Shown here: piece by piece, positions 28,102 to 41,148 of the stretch
Layout: every line of letters begins with the position of its first letter
How positions within the stretch are numbered: position 1 is the stretch's first letter
DNA from: an uncultured Fibrobacteria bacterium
Lineage (GTDB): Bacteria > Fibrobacterota > Fibrobacteria > UBA11236
Direction of reading: 5' to 3'
Length of the DNA: 64,000 nucleotides
NCBI GenBank assembly: GCA_963716395.1
Contig: OY970309.1
Coordinates: 1,920,001 to 1,984,000 of the forward strand
The notes under the pieces: model-generated
Seen by the model: the letters and a program-made list of their open reading frames with translations, nothing else
The model's database searches: none
Told to the model about the DNA's origin: nothing
Position numbers and translations under genes: made by a program

Positions 28102-30327
28102 CTAAGATTTCCAGCGTAGTCCGACATACATCTGGCGCCCGCGCAGCGGACCCCAGATATGCGAAGTGCCGTAACCGCCGCCGTCATCCCAGAAATGGGG
28201 ATCGTCGCCGGCCGAACCCAACTGCGTGTAGTCGAACAAATTCTCGGCGCCAGCGTAAATATCCAAAGTCGGACGCAGCTCCCAGGTCGCCTTCACATTG
28301 GCCACGAAGAAATCGGGTGCATGCGTGAGCTTGGGATCGCTGGCGACGCCGTTTTGAAACACGTTGAATTGATCGGCGTAACCGTAAGCGGTCAAATCGC
28401 GGGGAGCCGTCCAGGTTACGTCCCCGGAAAGGGAAGCCGGCCCGAAATGCAATTCGAGGTTTCCGTTCACCTCGGTTTCCACGGCCGCCACCAATTCCAC
28501 GGCCTTGAAGCGATCGGGAATTTGCTGATGCTGCACGCTCGCGCCCAACTTGAGCCACGGCGCGGGTAACACATCGCCTTCGGCGTCCACGTCGAGGAAA
28601 GGCAATTCGTCGGGGTCATTCAACAAAATCGGGCGCGCCAAAGTGGAGTCGTCATCCACGTATTCCAGATTCGAGGCCTCGGTGGCGTAGGCTCCCACGG
28701 TGACATCCCATTGCGGCTGATCGTAAGAAATCGATCCTCCCGCGCCATAGGCTTTTTCCAGCTTGGTGACGCCGACGTCGAAGCCGTTGTCCAAAAGACC
28801 GTGATCCAATTCGAAGAAGGTGGTGGGCGCGCGCCAACCCAAGCCCGCGGAGAGGCGGCCCGTCAGGCCCTCGACGAATTCCCAGCGCAGGCTCAGGCGC
28901 GGCGCGGCCACGAAATCGTCGATTTCGGAGTTGGGCTTGTCGAACCAATTCACCTGAACGTCATCCAGGCGCAGGGCCAGCGAAACGTCGCGTTGATGCC
29001 CGAAATTCCAGGTATCCTCCGCGTAACCCCCTCCGAACAGATAATAGAAGGAATCCGGAGTGATGCCGAGATCGTCGTAGTAATAAATCGACTGCGACGC
29101 CATTCTTTCCGCGTTGTCGTCCACGCCCAAAGTGAGCGTGTTGGGGCCCATCGATCCCTGCCAGCGCAAATCCCCCACGACGTTGCGGTCGCGGTTGGAA
29201 TAATCGGCGCCGCCCTCGTATTCGGAGTTTTGCGATTGGCTGGCCGCGCCCACGCGCAATTCCCACAAACCCAGATCCTGCGAATCCCAGGTCAGCGCGC
29301 CCGCGGCTTCATCGCGGCCCGTTTGGATGTATTCGATGATGTCTTGCGGCGCACCGATGAATTTATTGCGCAAATCCCCTCCCACATACAGCGGAATGGA
29401 ATCCGCCGGCCCGACGGACGCGCCGGCATAGTTGTCGGTGATGGCGGCGCCAAACACTTGGGAAAAGCTGTGCTGATAGCGGGCATTCCACGACCAGTTT
29501 TCGCCGAGAAAACCGTTCAGCCGCAGCAAGGCGCTTTCGTCTTTGAGCGACGGTGATTCGTCGACGCCGTTGCCGTCTTCGTCCCATTCCCCTTGCTGAT
29601 AATGGTGCCCCGCGATGAGCAAGCCGAGCCTGCCGCTGTCGGCCACCGTGGTTCCGGAAAATGAAAGGCGGTTCCAATCCACGTTGCCGCCGGCCGCATC
29701 GGCGGTGAAAGCCGTGCGCGTGGGATCGCGGAAGCGCACGTCCATGGCGCCGCCCATGGCGCCGGGCGCCAAGAGCGATGCGCCGGGGCCGCGCGCGATG
29801 TCGATGTCGGCGACGCCGGCCGTGGTCAACGCATCCACGCCGTAAAAACCGGTGACGGCGTTGTACAGCGGCAAGCCGTCCACCAGCACCGTGGTGGACG
29901 TGGCGCCTAGGCCGTTGATTTGGATTTGCTTAAAGCCGCAGGAAGAACAGGCGGTCAAAACGTTGACGCCGGGCTCCGAAGTCACGGCTTGCGCGAAGTC
30001 GTCGGCGTTCTTGCGGTACAGGGCTTCGGGCGTGACCACGCTGGTGGGCTGAATGGCGGCCGAAAGCGCTCCCAGCCGATCCATATCGCGGCGATGGCCC
30101 TGAACTTCGACGGTGTACGACGACTTGCGATAGGTGGCCTTGGCCGCTGCGGAATCGGTGGGAGGCGAAGTCGAGACCGAGTCCGGCTGGGCAGCCGGTG
30201 CGGCATTTGCAACTGGTGACGATCCGCTATCGGCTGGGATCGAAGCCGCCGATTGCGGCCACGCCGTCCAAGGCAAGGCCGTCATTAAGAATGCGGCCAT
30301 GAGGGATGTTGAAGTGTGAACTCGCAT
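28102..30327 (-). CDS. TonB-dependent receptor with CxxC in the plug
   Basis: Signal peptide; PGVNVLTACSSCGFKQIQINGL...VLVDGLP...IDIARGPGASL; C-terminal GAENLFDY...GRQMYVGLRW. Confidence 0.93.
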   Translation of the reverse strand: MRVHTSTSLMAAFLMTALPWTAWPQSAASIPADSGSSPVANAAPAAQPDSVSTSPPTDSAAAKATYRKSSYTVEVQGHRRDMDRLGALSAAIQPTSVVTPEALYRKNADDFAQAVTSEPGVNVLTACSSCGFKQIQINGLGATSTTVLVDGLPLYNAVTGFYGVDALTTAGVADIDIARGPGASLLAPGAMGGAMDVRFRDPTRTAFTADAAGGNVDWNRLSFSGTTVADSGRLGLLIAGHHYQQGEWDEDGNGVDESPSLKDESALLRLNGFLGENWSWNARYQHSFSQVFGAAITDNYAGASVGPADSIPLYVGGDLRNKFIGAPQDIIEYIQTGRDEAAGALTWDSQDLGLWELRVGAASQSQNSEYEGGADYSNRDRNVVGDLRWQGSMGPNTLTLGVDDNAERMASQSIYYYDDLGITPDSFYYLFGGGYAEDTWNFGHQRDVSLALRLDDVQVNWFDKPNSEIDDFVAAPRLSLRWEFVEGLTGRLSAGLGWRAPTTFFELDHGLLDNGFDVGVTKLEKAYGAGGSISYDQPQWDVTVGAYATEASNLEYVDDDSTLARPILLNDPDELPFLDVDAEGDVLPAPWLKLGASVQHQQIPDRFKAVELVAAVETEVNGNLELHFGPASLSGDVTWTAPRDLTAYGYADQFNVFQNGVASDPKLTHAPDFFVANVKATWELRPTLDIYAGAENLFDYTQLGSAGDDPHFWDDGGGYGTSHIWGPLRGRQMYVGLRWKS

Positions 30328-30336
30328 GGAATCTCC

Positions 30337-30816
30337 TTAAAATTTTTTGGGTGTGTCTGAATTCGGAATCGGACAAAGAAAGGCCAAAGAATCCGCCGGC
30401 AGCCAGCCGATCCAGGCGCGGCGGATGCGGCCTGTGGAATCAAAAGCGAGGGCGACCGGCGTGGTTTCGGGAAATTGGGTCGGCGGCCGGGCGACCAAAG
30501 CACGGAAAGATCGGGGCAGAACGCTCAAGGCCTTGCGCCGATCCCCGGGATGAAGGGGCAATCGCAGCGAAGCCAAGGACAAAGATTCGGGGCAATGCGC
30601 CCGCAGCCGGTCCAGCGTATTCACTTCGGCGCGGCACCAGGGACAATCCAAATCCCACAGTACCAGTACCAACAATCCACGCGACGGGGCGCGCAAGGTG
30701 TCGGCCACGCGCGTCCGTTCGTTCCAAACGAGTAGCGGCAATGAAAAATCCGGACCGGCCGCGGCCGACAGGGCCGTGATCACCGTTCCGAGGAGAAGGG
30801 ATCGCAGTGCGATCAT
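30337..30816 (-). CDS. TlpA/thioredoxin-like secreted protein
   Basis: Signal peptide; PDFSLP...LVLWDLDCPWCRAE...TTP...AWIG. Confidence 0.8.
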   Translation of the reverse strand: MIALRSLLLGTVITALSAAAGPDFSLPLLVWNERTRVADTLRAPSRGLLVLVLWDLDCPWCRAEVNTLDRLRAHCPESLSLASLRLPLHPGDRRKALSVLPRSFRALVARPPTQFPETTPVALAFDSTGRIRRAWIGWLPADSLAFLCPIPNSDTPKKF

Positions 30817-31032
30817 GTGCGTGCCGCTCCGTGCGTGGGTGTGCCTCTCAGGCCCATCCGCGTCCCGTCCCCGGCGACCAACTTCTTTGGTGCTATGGGA
30901 ACCGGGCACGGACGTCGCCAAGTCGTGTCGGGATAGGGATTCGAATGGGGGTCCGGGTCGGAAAGACGCGTAGACAGGCCGTCAAAAATTGCGCTCCGGA
31001 TGACTTCCGGGAGCGCGAGGCCGCAACGACGT

Positions 31033-31437
31033 TTAACCGATGGACGTCAAGAACACGCGGGGCGGTCCGCGCGGCGAAGCGCTACCCGGGAGGGCGGCGG
31101 TTTTAAACAGCCGTGGCGCCGGAAGGACCAGCGCCTGCACGTAACGGCCAGGTTGCAGGGGCTCCGGCGGCGGCGTGGGCGCGTTCTGGCCCAGGGCATG
31201 CCATTGGCACAAAGCGCAATGATCCGCATGTTCATGGCCGAAGCTGTCGGGAGCCGCCGGCGGCGCATCGCTGTGGTTGCCGGCGGCCGAAGCCTCGTAT
31301 TCCAGCGGATGATGGTGCCACGCGGGGTTGACGGCTGCCAGCGAAAGCGCGAGGTAGCAGACGGCCGTAACCGCCGCAGTTCCCGCTGTGAAAGTGCGCA
31401 AAGGCCGCAACCAAAAGTGTTTCCTCGAAAAAAGCAT
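31033..31437 (-). CDS. DUF2946/CruR-like leader protein
   Basis: TM segment, WHHH, HEHADHCALCQWH, Pro-rich linker, SPRGPP 8 residues before the stop. Confidence 0.75.
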   Translation of the reverse strand: MLFSRKHFWLRPLRTFTAGTAAVTAVCYLALSLAAVNPAWHHHPLEYEASAAGNHSDAPPAAPDSFGHEHADHCALCQWHALGQNAPTPPPEPLQPGRYVQALVLPAPRLFKTAALPGSASPRGPPRVFLTSIG

Positions 31438-31542
31438 AAACGTCCGCTTCCGGGATAAAGTACCCGGGGAGACCGGCGACGTCAACCCGGCCCCGGCGAT
31501 TTTCCGGAAGTGGGAAACGGTTTGGGTTTGTAGGTTTTCAAT

Positions 31543-32874
31543 ATGCCTTCTCTGTTGATCCGCGGCGCGGAAGTGGTGCGCGCCACGGGAATTTTTTCCG
31601 CCGACGTGCGCATCGAAAACGGCCGCATCACCGAAGTGGGTCCGAATCTTCCGGCCGCCTCCGCCGCGGAAACCCTGGACGCCGCCGGGTTGACTTTATT
31701 GCCCGGCATCATCGATCCGCAAGTGCATTTCCGCGAACCGGGCATGACCCACAAAGAAGATCTCGAATCGGGATCGCGCGCGGCCGCGGCCGGAGGGGTC
31801 ACGGCTTTTCTCGATATGCCCAACACCAACCCGCCCTGCGTCACGGCCCAGGGGTTGCGGGAGAAAATCGCCTTGGCCCAAAGCAAATGCCATGTCGACT
31901 TCGGCTTTTTCATCGGGGCCACGCCCGACAATCTCACCGAATTGTTGGCCGCCAAGGAAGCCTGCGGCATCAAGATTTTCATGGGCTCGTCCACCGGCAC
32001 CTTGCTCGTCAGTCGGCGCGACGATTTGGATCGCATCTTCGCCTCGGGCCGCAAGCTCATCGCCGTGCACGCCGAAGACGACGACATGATCAAGGCCAAT
32101 CAGGCCGCCTTCGGCGACGCGGCCACCTTGTTCGATCACCCGCGCATCCGGTCTCCGGAATCGGCGCTGGCCGCGACGCGGCTGGCCGTGGAATTATCCC
32201 GGCGGTATCACCGCCGGCTGCACGTGCTGCACCTGACCACCGAGGAAGAAGTCGATTTTCTCCGGGCCGAAAAAATTCCGGGCGTGATTTCGGCCGAAGT
32301 GTGCCCCCAGCATTTCGTGCTCCAGGCCCCCGACGCCTATGCGCGCCTCGGGACCTTCGCGCAGATGAACCCGCCTATTCGTGAGGAACGTCACGGGAAA
32401 GCGTTATGGCAGGCGTTGCGCGACGGCGTCCTCGAATGCCTGGCCACGGATCATGCGCCGCATACCCAAGCCGAAAAGGCCAAGCCTTACCCGCAAGCGC
32501 CGGCCGGCATGCCGGGCGTGGAAACGCTTTTGCCCTTGATGCTGAACAGGGTCAACCAAGGCCTGTGCACCTTGCCCGATCTCGTGCGCTGGATGTGCGC
32601 AGGCCCGGCACGGCTGTACGGCATGGTCGGCAAAGGGCGCATCGAACCGGGTTACGATGCCGATTTGGTGCTGGTCGATTTGCGCGCCGAGCGCACCGTT
32701 GCAAACGGGCATTTGCAGACCAAGGTGAATTGGAGCCCGTATGCCGGCATGCGCATCACGGGCTGGCCGGTGATGACCATGGTGCGCGGCCACATCGTGT
32801 TCCGCGAGGGAAAGGTTTCGGAAGAAATCGTGGGGCGGCCCCTTCGCTTTGACCCGCCCTGGGAAAAGACCTGA
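31543..32874 (+). CDS. pyrC: Dihydroorotase
   Basis: PGIIDPQVHFREPG, DMPNTNP, IKIFMGSSTG, HAED, QMNPPIR, TDHAPH. Confidence 0.93.
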   Translation: MPSLLIRGAEVVRATGIFSADVRIENGRITEVGPNLPAASAAETLDAAGLTLLPGIIDPQVHFREPGMTHKEDLESGSRAAAAGGVTAFLDMPNTNPPCVTAQGLREKIALAQSKCHVDFGFFIGATPDNLTELLAAKEACGIKIFMGSSTGTLLVSRRDDLDRIFASGRKLIAVHAEDDDMIKANQAAFGDAATLFDHPRIRSPESALAATRLAVELSRRYHRRLHVLHLTTEEEVDFLRAEKIPGVISAEVCPQHFVLQAPDAYARLGTFAQMNPPIREERHGKALWQALRDGVLECLATDHAPHTQAEKAKPYPQAPAGMPGVETLLPLMLNRVNQGLCTLPDLVRWMCAGPARLYGMVGKGRIEPGYDADLVLVDLRAERTVANGHLQTKVNWSPYAGMRITGWPVMTMVRGHIVFREGKVSEEIVGRPLRFDPPWEKT

Positions 32875-32885
32875 AGCGGACCCAA

Positions 32886-32928
32886 AGTTGACTAAGTACT
32901 TGACCAAGTTCTGGGCGCGGGGTATATT
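32886..32928 (+). promoter_or_regulatory. TA promoter with tandem 12-bp operator palindromes, probably leaderless
   Basis: AGTTGACTAAGT/ACTTGACCAAGT in tandem; TTGACC(32900)-17 nt-TATATT(32923); ATG 6 nt downstream with no SD. Confidence 0.65.
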
Positions 32929-32934
32929 TGCCGT

Positions 32935-33162
32935 ATGCAAATCACCGTCCACGAAGCCAAAACGCATTTGAGCCGGCTGCTGGTCCAAGTGCAGGCCGGA
33001 GAAGAAATCATTCTGGCCCGCGGCAAAGAGCCCATCGCCAAGCTCGTGCCTTTGAAGACGCGCAAGGCCAAGCGCGTTCCCGGCCGCGATCGGGGCAAAC
33101 TGTGGATCGCTCCCGATTTCGACAAGCTGCCCAAGGAGATCGAGGATTCGTTTTATCGCTGA
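32935..33162 (+). CDS. Phd/YefM-family antitoxin
   Basis: MQITVHEAKTHLSRLL...GEEIILAR.KEPIAKLVP...PG...G.LWIAPDFD. Confidence 0.93.
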   Translation: MQITVHEAKTHLSRLLVQVQAGEEIILARGKEPIAKLVPLKTRKAKRVPGRDRGKLWIAPDFDKLPKEIEDSFYR

Positions 33163-33541
33163 CACCCACGTCTGGCTGTGGTGGAATGATGAAACGAACC
33201 GATTGAACCAGGAGGCTCGGTCTTGGTTGGAAGACCCGGACAACGAAGTCTGTCTCTCCGTCGCCAGCATCTGGGAAATGAGCATCAAATTTTCCCTGGG
33301 CAAGTTGAGGTTGCCGCAACCTGTTCGCCCATACGTCCTGACCCGCGTGGCCAAAGACGCATTCACCTTGCTCGACATTCAGGCCAAGCATGCGTTGGAG
33401 TGCGCCGCCCTGCCTTGGCATCATCGCGATCCCTTTGATCGCATGCTGGCGGCCCAGGCCAAAATCGAACGCGTTCCCCTGCTCACGGCCGATCCGGTGT
33501 TCGGCAAATACGGGGTGAAAATCCTGAAAGCCGCGGCTTAA
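33146..33541 (+). CDS. vapC: VapC/PIN toxin lacking a canonical start codon
   Basis: In-frame IRFIADTHVWLWW...SVASIWEMSIK...HHRDPFDRMLAAQA...LLTAD; no ATG/GTG/TTG immediately upstream of DTH. Confidence 0.8.
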   Translation: MRFIADTHVWLWWNDETNRLNQEARSWLEDPDNEVCLSVASIWEMSIKFSLGKLRLPQPVRPYVLTRVAKDAFTLLDIQAKHALECAALPWHHRDPFDRMLAAQAKIERVPLLTADPVFGKYGVKILKAAA

Positions 33542-33574
33542 GCCGGATTCCGCCGGCCTCCCGGCCAAATTTTT

Positions 33575-33602
33575 ATATCTTTATATCGCGATATATTGAT
33601 AT
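33575..33602. promoter_or_regulatory. Two overlapping SahR-type 20-bp operators
   Basis: ATATC-N10-GATAT at 33575-33594 and 33583-33602, upstream of the ArsR-methyltransferase gene. Confidence 0.7.
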
Positions 33603-33645
33603 ATATTTTGGTATATTACGGCGGCCCCCCAGGGTCGGCACAGCC

Positions 33646-34580
33646 ATGCCCATGGATCTCGACATTGAACAACTGACCTCGGTGTACAAGCTGCTCGGCG
33701 ACGAGACGCGTCTGCGCGTGTTGGCCCTGCTGCGCGATCACGAATTGGCCGTGGGCGAAATCCAGAAAATCCTGGGGCTGGGCCAAAGCACCCTGTCGTC
33801 GCAATTGGCCGCGCTCAAGGATCAGAACCTGGTGCTCAGCCGCAAAGAGGGGCAGAAGGTGTATTACCGCCTGCCCGCCGCGCCCGCCTCGCCGCGTCTG
33901 GCCCTCATGCGCAGCGCGCTGGACAACGTGGTTGCGGCGCGTTGGTATGCGCGCGATCGCCGCCACCTGCAAAAAACCCTGGGCGAGCGGCAAGAAGCCT
34001 CGCGCGCGTTCTTCAACCGCGAAGCCGTGCAGAACCGCACGTCGCCCGGCCAAACCTGGCAGGCCCTGGCGCTGGGATTGTTGCACCTGCCGAGCGGCCG
34101 GCGCATCGCCGATCTTGGCTGCGGCAGCGGCCGCCTGGCGCGCCTGTTCGCCGCCGCCGGGCATCGCGTCACGGCCGTCGACAACAGCGAAGAGCAAATC
34201 CGCCTGGCGCAAAAAACCTCCCGGCCGTCGTCGGGTGCCCTGGAATTCCGCCTGGCATCGATGGAGGCCACGGGACTGCCGGCCGCCTCCTTCGACGTGG
34301 TGCTGCTGTCGCAATCGCTGCATCATGCCGCCAATCCCCAAGACGTCCTGCGCGAAGCCTATCGCCTGACCGAGGCAGGCGGACGGGTTTTGATTCTCGA
34401 TTTGCTGGCGCATGAGGAAGACTGGATGCGCGCCAAGTTCGGGGATTTCTGGCTCGGGTTTTCCGAAGCCGATTTGCAAGCCTGGATACAAGAGGCGGGC
34501 TTCCGCGTGGTGCATCTGGAAATCACCGAGCCTTCGCCCGAATACCCGGATCTCGAAGGTCTGCTGGCCGTGGGGGAAAA

Positions 34581-34584
<4 letters not shown>
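33646..34584 (+). CDS. ArsR HTH + SAM-methyltransferase regulator (SahR/SamR-like)
   Basis: [12 protein letters not shown]...QSTLSSQL; ADLGCGSG; SLHH...DFWLGFS; GTGA-coupled to metH. Confidence 0.9.
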
Positions 34585-38285
<3,701 letters not shown>

Positions 38286-38295
38286 GTCGGCTGCA

Positions 38296-39318
38296 TCAAG
38301 CAGCGGATTCCGATTTGAGGGCGTAGACCCGCAGTTGATCCCCGCAGCCGTGATGCACCGGCCAGTATATTAAGCGCCACCAGAAGGCGTTCCAGGCCCG
38401 GCGCAACAGAGCGCTGCCGCCGGCAGGCGGACTTTCCCGTTCCACTTCGATGCCTGCCCGAATGCGCAGATTTTCGGTCCATTGCCGGCGGGCGTCGCCG
38501 GGCGACGGAGCGTTGTGATCATTGCCGCGTTCGCGCAACAAAGAGCGGCCCGAGGTGAAGGTGCGCATCTCGGCAAAGCCGGCCGCGCGCAACAACCGGG
38601 TCAACCCCGCCGCCGTGAAATGGGTGAGATGCTGCGAAGGGATGTAATAGAACCAATGCCTTCCGAGCGCCCGCCGGAACAGGCTGTTGTGATTCGGCGT
38701 GGACAGCATGAGCTGCCCGCCGGGCCGCAAATGCGCGAAAGCCCAGCGCAGCAAGTCGGCGGGCCGGGGCAGGTGTTCGACGACTTCCCAGGCGGTGATG
38801 AGATCGTAGTGGTGCGGCCAGTCGACGGACAGTACATCGGCGGTCGCGACCTGCAAGCCGAGTTTTTCGCGGGCGTAACCGGACTGGAGGGGGGAGAGCT
38901 CCGTACCTTCCACGCTTCCGTAATCGGCACGGCACTCCGCCAGAAAATGTCCGAAACCGCAACCGAGATCGAGCACCGACAGGCGCCGGAGTTGGTTCGG
39001 CGCGACGGAAAATCGCTCGCGGCGCAAATCCCGCATCCGGCCTGCCATGAGGTTGTGCAGCATGGCCTCGCGTTGTGGGGAAAGGGGAGAGGGATTGAGC
39101 CGGTACATGGCTTCGGCCGCCGCCGCCGAGAGACGGGGCGAAATGAAATGCAGCCCGCAGCCGCCGCAGCGGCGCAACACGGTCGGACCCAAGCGCCGCA
39201 CGGGCTTGGATTTCGGGGTGGCGCATACCGGGCAACCCGTTTCTTCCAGGAATTCCGCCCCCCATCGGCCGAGAAAATCCGTCCCGGGAGGGGGCGCGGC
39301 TGCGCGAGGAATCGGCAT
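38296..39318 (-). CDS. Class I SAM methyltransferase with N-terminal Zn ribbon
   Basis: CPVC...CGGC; VLDLGCGFG; WEVVEH; LSTPN; PSQHL. Confidence 0.85.
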   Translation of the reverse strand: MPIPRAAAPPPGTDFLGRWGAEFLEETGCPVCATPKSKPVRRLGPTVLRRCGGCGLHFISPRLSAAAAEAMYRLNPSPLSPQREAMLHNLMAGRMRDLRRERFSVAPNQLRRLSVLDLGCGFGHFLAECRADYGSVEGTELSPLQSGYAREKLGLQVATADVLSVDWPHHYDLITAWEVVEHLPRPADLLRWAFAHLRPGGQLMLSTPNHNSLFRRALGRHWFYYIPSQHLTHFTAAGLTRLLRAAGFAEMRTFTSGRSLLRERGNDHNAPSPGDARRQWTENLRIRAGIEVERESPPAGGSALLRRAWNAFWWRLIYWPVHHGCGDQLRVYALKSESAA

Positions 39319-39369
39319 GCGACAAGCATACCATGGCAAACTTTCTACTTCTCCGGGAAGAGGTAACCC

Positions 39370-39837
39370 ATGAAGCGCTCCGCATCCCTGTTCGACTTCG
39401 CCGCGAATTTGTTGAACCGGTGCTTCGACGCCGTGAACTTTTTTTCGTGGTTCCCGCCTTTGCTGGCGCGCCTCACCGTGGGCTGCGTGTTCGTGGAATC
39501 GGGCTGGGGCAAGCTGCATCATCTCGACAAGGTGATCGGTTTTTTCACCGACCTCGGGTTGGTGGCCCCCTCGTTCCAAGCGCATCTCGTGGCCGGAACC
39601 GAATTCATCTGCGGCACCTTAGTGCTCATCGGTTTGTGCACGCGCTTTGCGTCGGTGCCGCTGATCGTCGTCATGGTGGTGGCGATCCTAACCGCCAAGC
39701 GCGACGATTTGCATGGATACTCTGATCTCATCGGGTTTGCGGAATATTGCTACATCGTGCTGCTGATTTGGCTCGGCATCGGCGGGGCCGGTTTCTTTTC
39801 CGTCGATGCGTTTCTGGCGCGGCGTTTCCGAAAATGA
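39370..39837 (+). CDS. DoxX-family membrane protein (BufD-like)
   Basis: LLARLTVGCVFVESGWGKL...EFICG.L...GLCTR...GAGFFSVD. Confidence 0.92.
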   Translation: MKRSASLFDFAANLLNRCFDAVNFFSWFPPLLARLTVGCVFVESGWGKLHHLDKVIGFFTDLGLVAPSFQAHLVAGTEFICGTLVLIGLCTRFASVPLIVVMVVAILTAKRDDLHGYSDLIGFAEYCYIVLLIWLGIGGAGFFSVDAFLARRFRK

Positions 39838-39925
39838 ATAGATGACCATGATTGAAACTGTTTTGTAACTTTCGTCGTTCCCACCCCAATCCCTGGATGC
39901 AGGGAAACCAAAGAAAGGGTTTGCC

Positions 39926-40303
39926 ATGAAAAAAATCTCCTTGCTCAGCCAATTGGCCATGGCCGGCATCGCCGCCGGTCTGGCTACCACAGTCGCCACG
40001 GCCGAACCAGCCGCCGATTCCGCCAAGGCACCCATGGCCGATAGTGCCAAGCCGATGATGAAAAAGCAGCACAAACACATGGCGAAGAAAGCCATGGCCG
40101 ATTCTTCGAAGATGGCGATGGACCTTCCCAAGCACGATTGCAAAGGCTTGAACGACTGCAAAGGCCAGGGCGGCTGCAAAACCACCAAAGCCGAACTCAA
40201 AGCCCGCGCCGAAAAGGCCGGTATCTCCATGGCCGGCCACAAAGCTCACAGTTGCAAAGGCAAGAACGATTGCAAAGGCTTGGGCGGCTGCAAGACGACC
40301 TGA
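39926..40303 (+). CDS. Secreted Cys-rich BufA2-like (bufferin-type) precursor
   Basis: Signal peptide, Met/Lys/His-rich linker, two HxCKGxNDCKGxGGCKTT repeats. Confidence 0.75.
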   Translation: MKKISLLSQLAMAGIAAGLATTVATAEPAADSAKAPMADSAKPMMKKQHKHMAKKAMADSSKMAMDLPKHDCKGLNDCKGQGGCKTTKAELKARAEKAGISMAGHKAHSCKGKNDCKGLGGCKTT

Positions 40304-40330
40304 GCGTCCCCCTTCGGCTGCACGGCTTTC

Positions 40331-40360
40331 AAACCCCTTCGTCGCGAAGGGGTTTTTTAT
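40331..40360 (+). terminator. Intrinsic terminator
   Basis: AAACCCCTTCG-TCG-CGAAGGGGTTT followed by a T-run. Confidence 0.8.
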
Positions 40361-40390
40361 TTCCGGCGCAGGCTTTATAATTTCCCGGAT

Positions 40391-41038
40391 ATGACGCTGT
40401 CCCCGCTGTGGATTTTCCTCGACTTCGACGGTGTGATCATGGATTCGATGGCGCTCAAGCTCGACGCCTATTGCTTCGCTTTGCAGGAATACGGATTTCC
40501 GCGCGCGCGCATCCGTGAACAGCAATTGCGCTTCGCCGGCCTGACCCGAGCCTTGACCTTGCCCCGGATGTTCGAGGCCTTGGCCGGTTCGCCGCTGCCG
40601 GAAGAAGCCGGCCGCCGCGCCTTGCAGCGTTTCAACCAAGAGGATGATCGGCTGCGATCGCGCATGCAACTCAAATCCGGCGCGCGCGAGTTTTTGCTGG
40701 CCTTGCGCAACCGCATTCCCCTGGTCGTCATCACCGGCACGCCGCAAGCCGCAATCGACGAAACCGTCGCGTTTTTCCAACTCGCATCGTTTTTCCGCGA
40801 GGTGTGCGGCTATCCTCCGGTCAAGGCCGAACATTTACGGGCGCAACTGGAGAAGCGAAACCTCGCCGCCGGGCAGGCGCTTTATGTCGGAGACGCCATC
40901 AAGGATTTCGAAGCCGCCGAAGCCAGCGGCATTCCCTTCGTGGGGATCAATAACGGGGACAATCCCTTTGTGGGAAAATCCCTTGCCGCCGAGTTCCCCG
41001 GCTTGGGCGAATTGGTTCCCGCGCTGGGACTGCGGTAA
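40391..41038 (+). CDS. HAD-family hydrolase
   Basis: FLDFDGVIMDS, ITGTP, K, YVGDAIKD. Confidence 0.9.
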   Translation: MTLSPLWIFLDFDGVIMDSMALKLDAYCFALQEYGFPRARIREQQLRFAGLTRALTLPRMFEALAGSPLPEEAGRRALQRFNQEDDRLRSRMQLKSGAREFLLALRNRIPLVVITGTPQAAIDETVAFFQLASFFREVCGYPPVKAEHLRAQLEKRNLAAGQALYVGDAIKDFEAAEASGIPFVGINNGDNPFVGKSLAAEFPGLGELVPALGLR

Positions 41039-41148
41039 AGAACCCTCGCGGCGCTTGACCTGCGGAAGGACGGATCCGGATTCGGGTTGGTACCTTTCCT
41101 TCCCCGAAGTTTTTTTGCGGCGCAGCCCCCGGTTAAAAAAAAGGACGT

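Noticed and set aside
24123-28257. Repeat pairs as DGR template/variable repeats
   Set aside because: Differences are not adenine-specific, one copy has an indel, and no reverse transcriptase is in the window.
30925-30960. TTCGAATCCC tRNA T-loop-like sequence on the minus strand
   Set aside because: No T-stem, acceptor stem or cloverleaf can be built around it.
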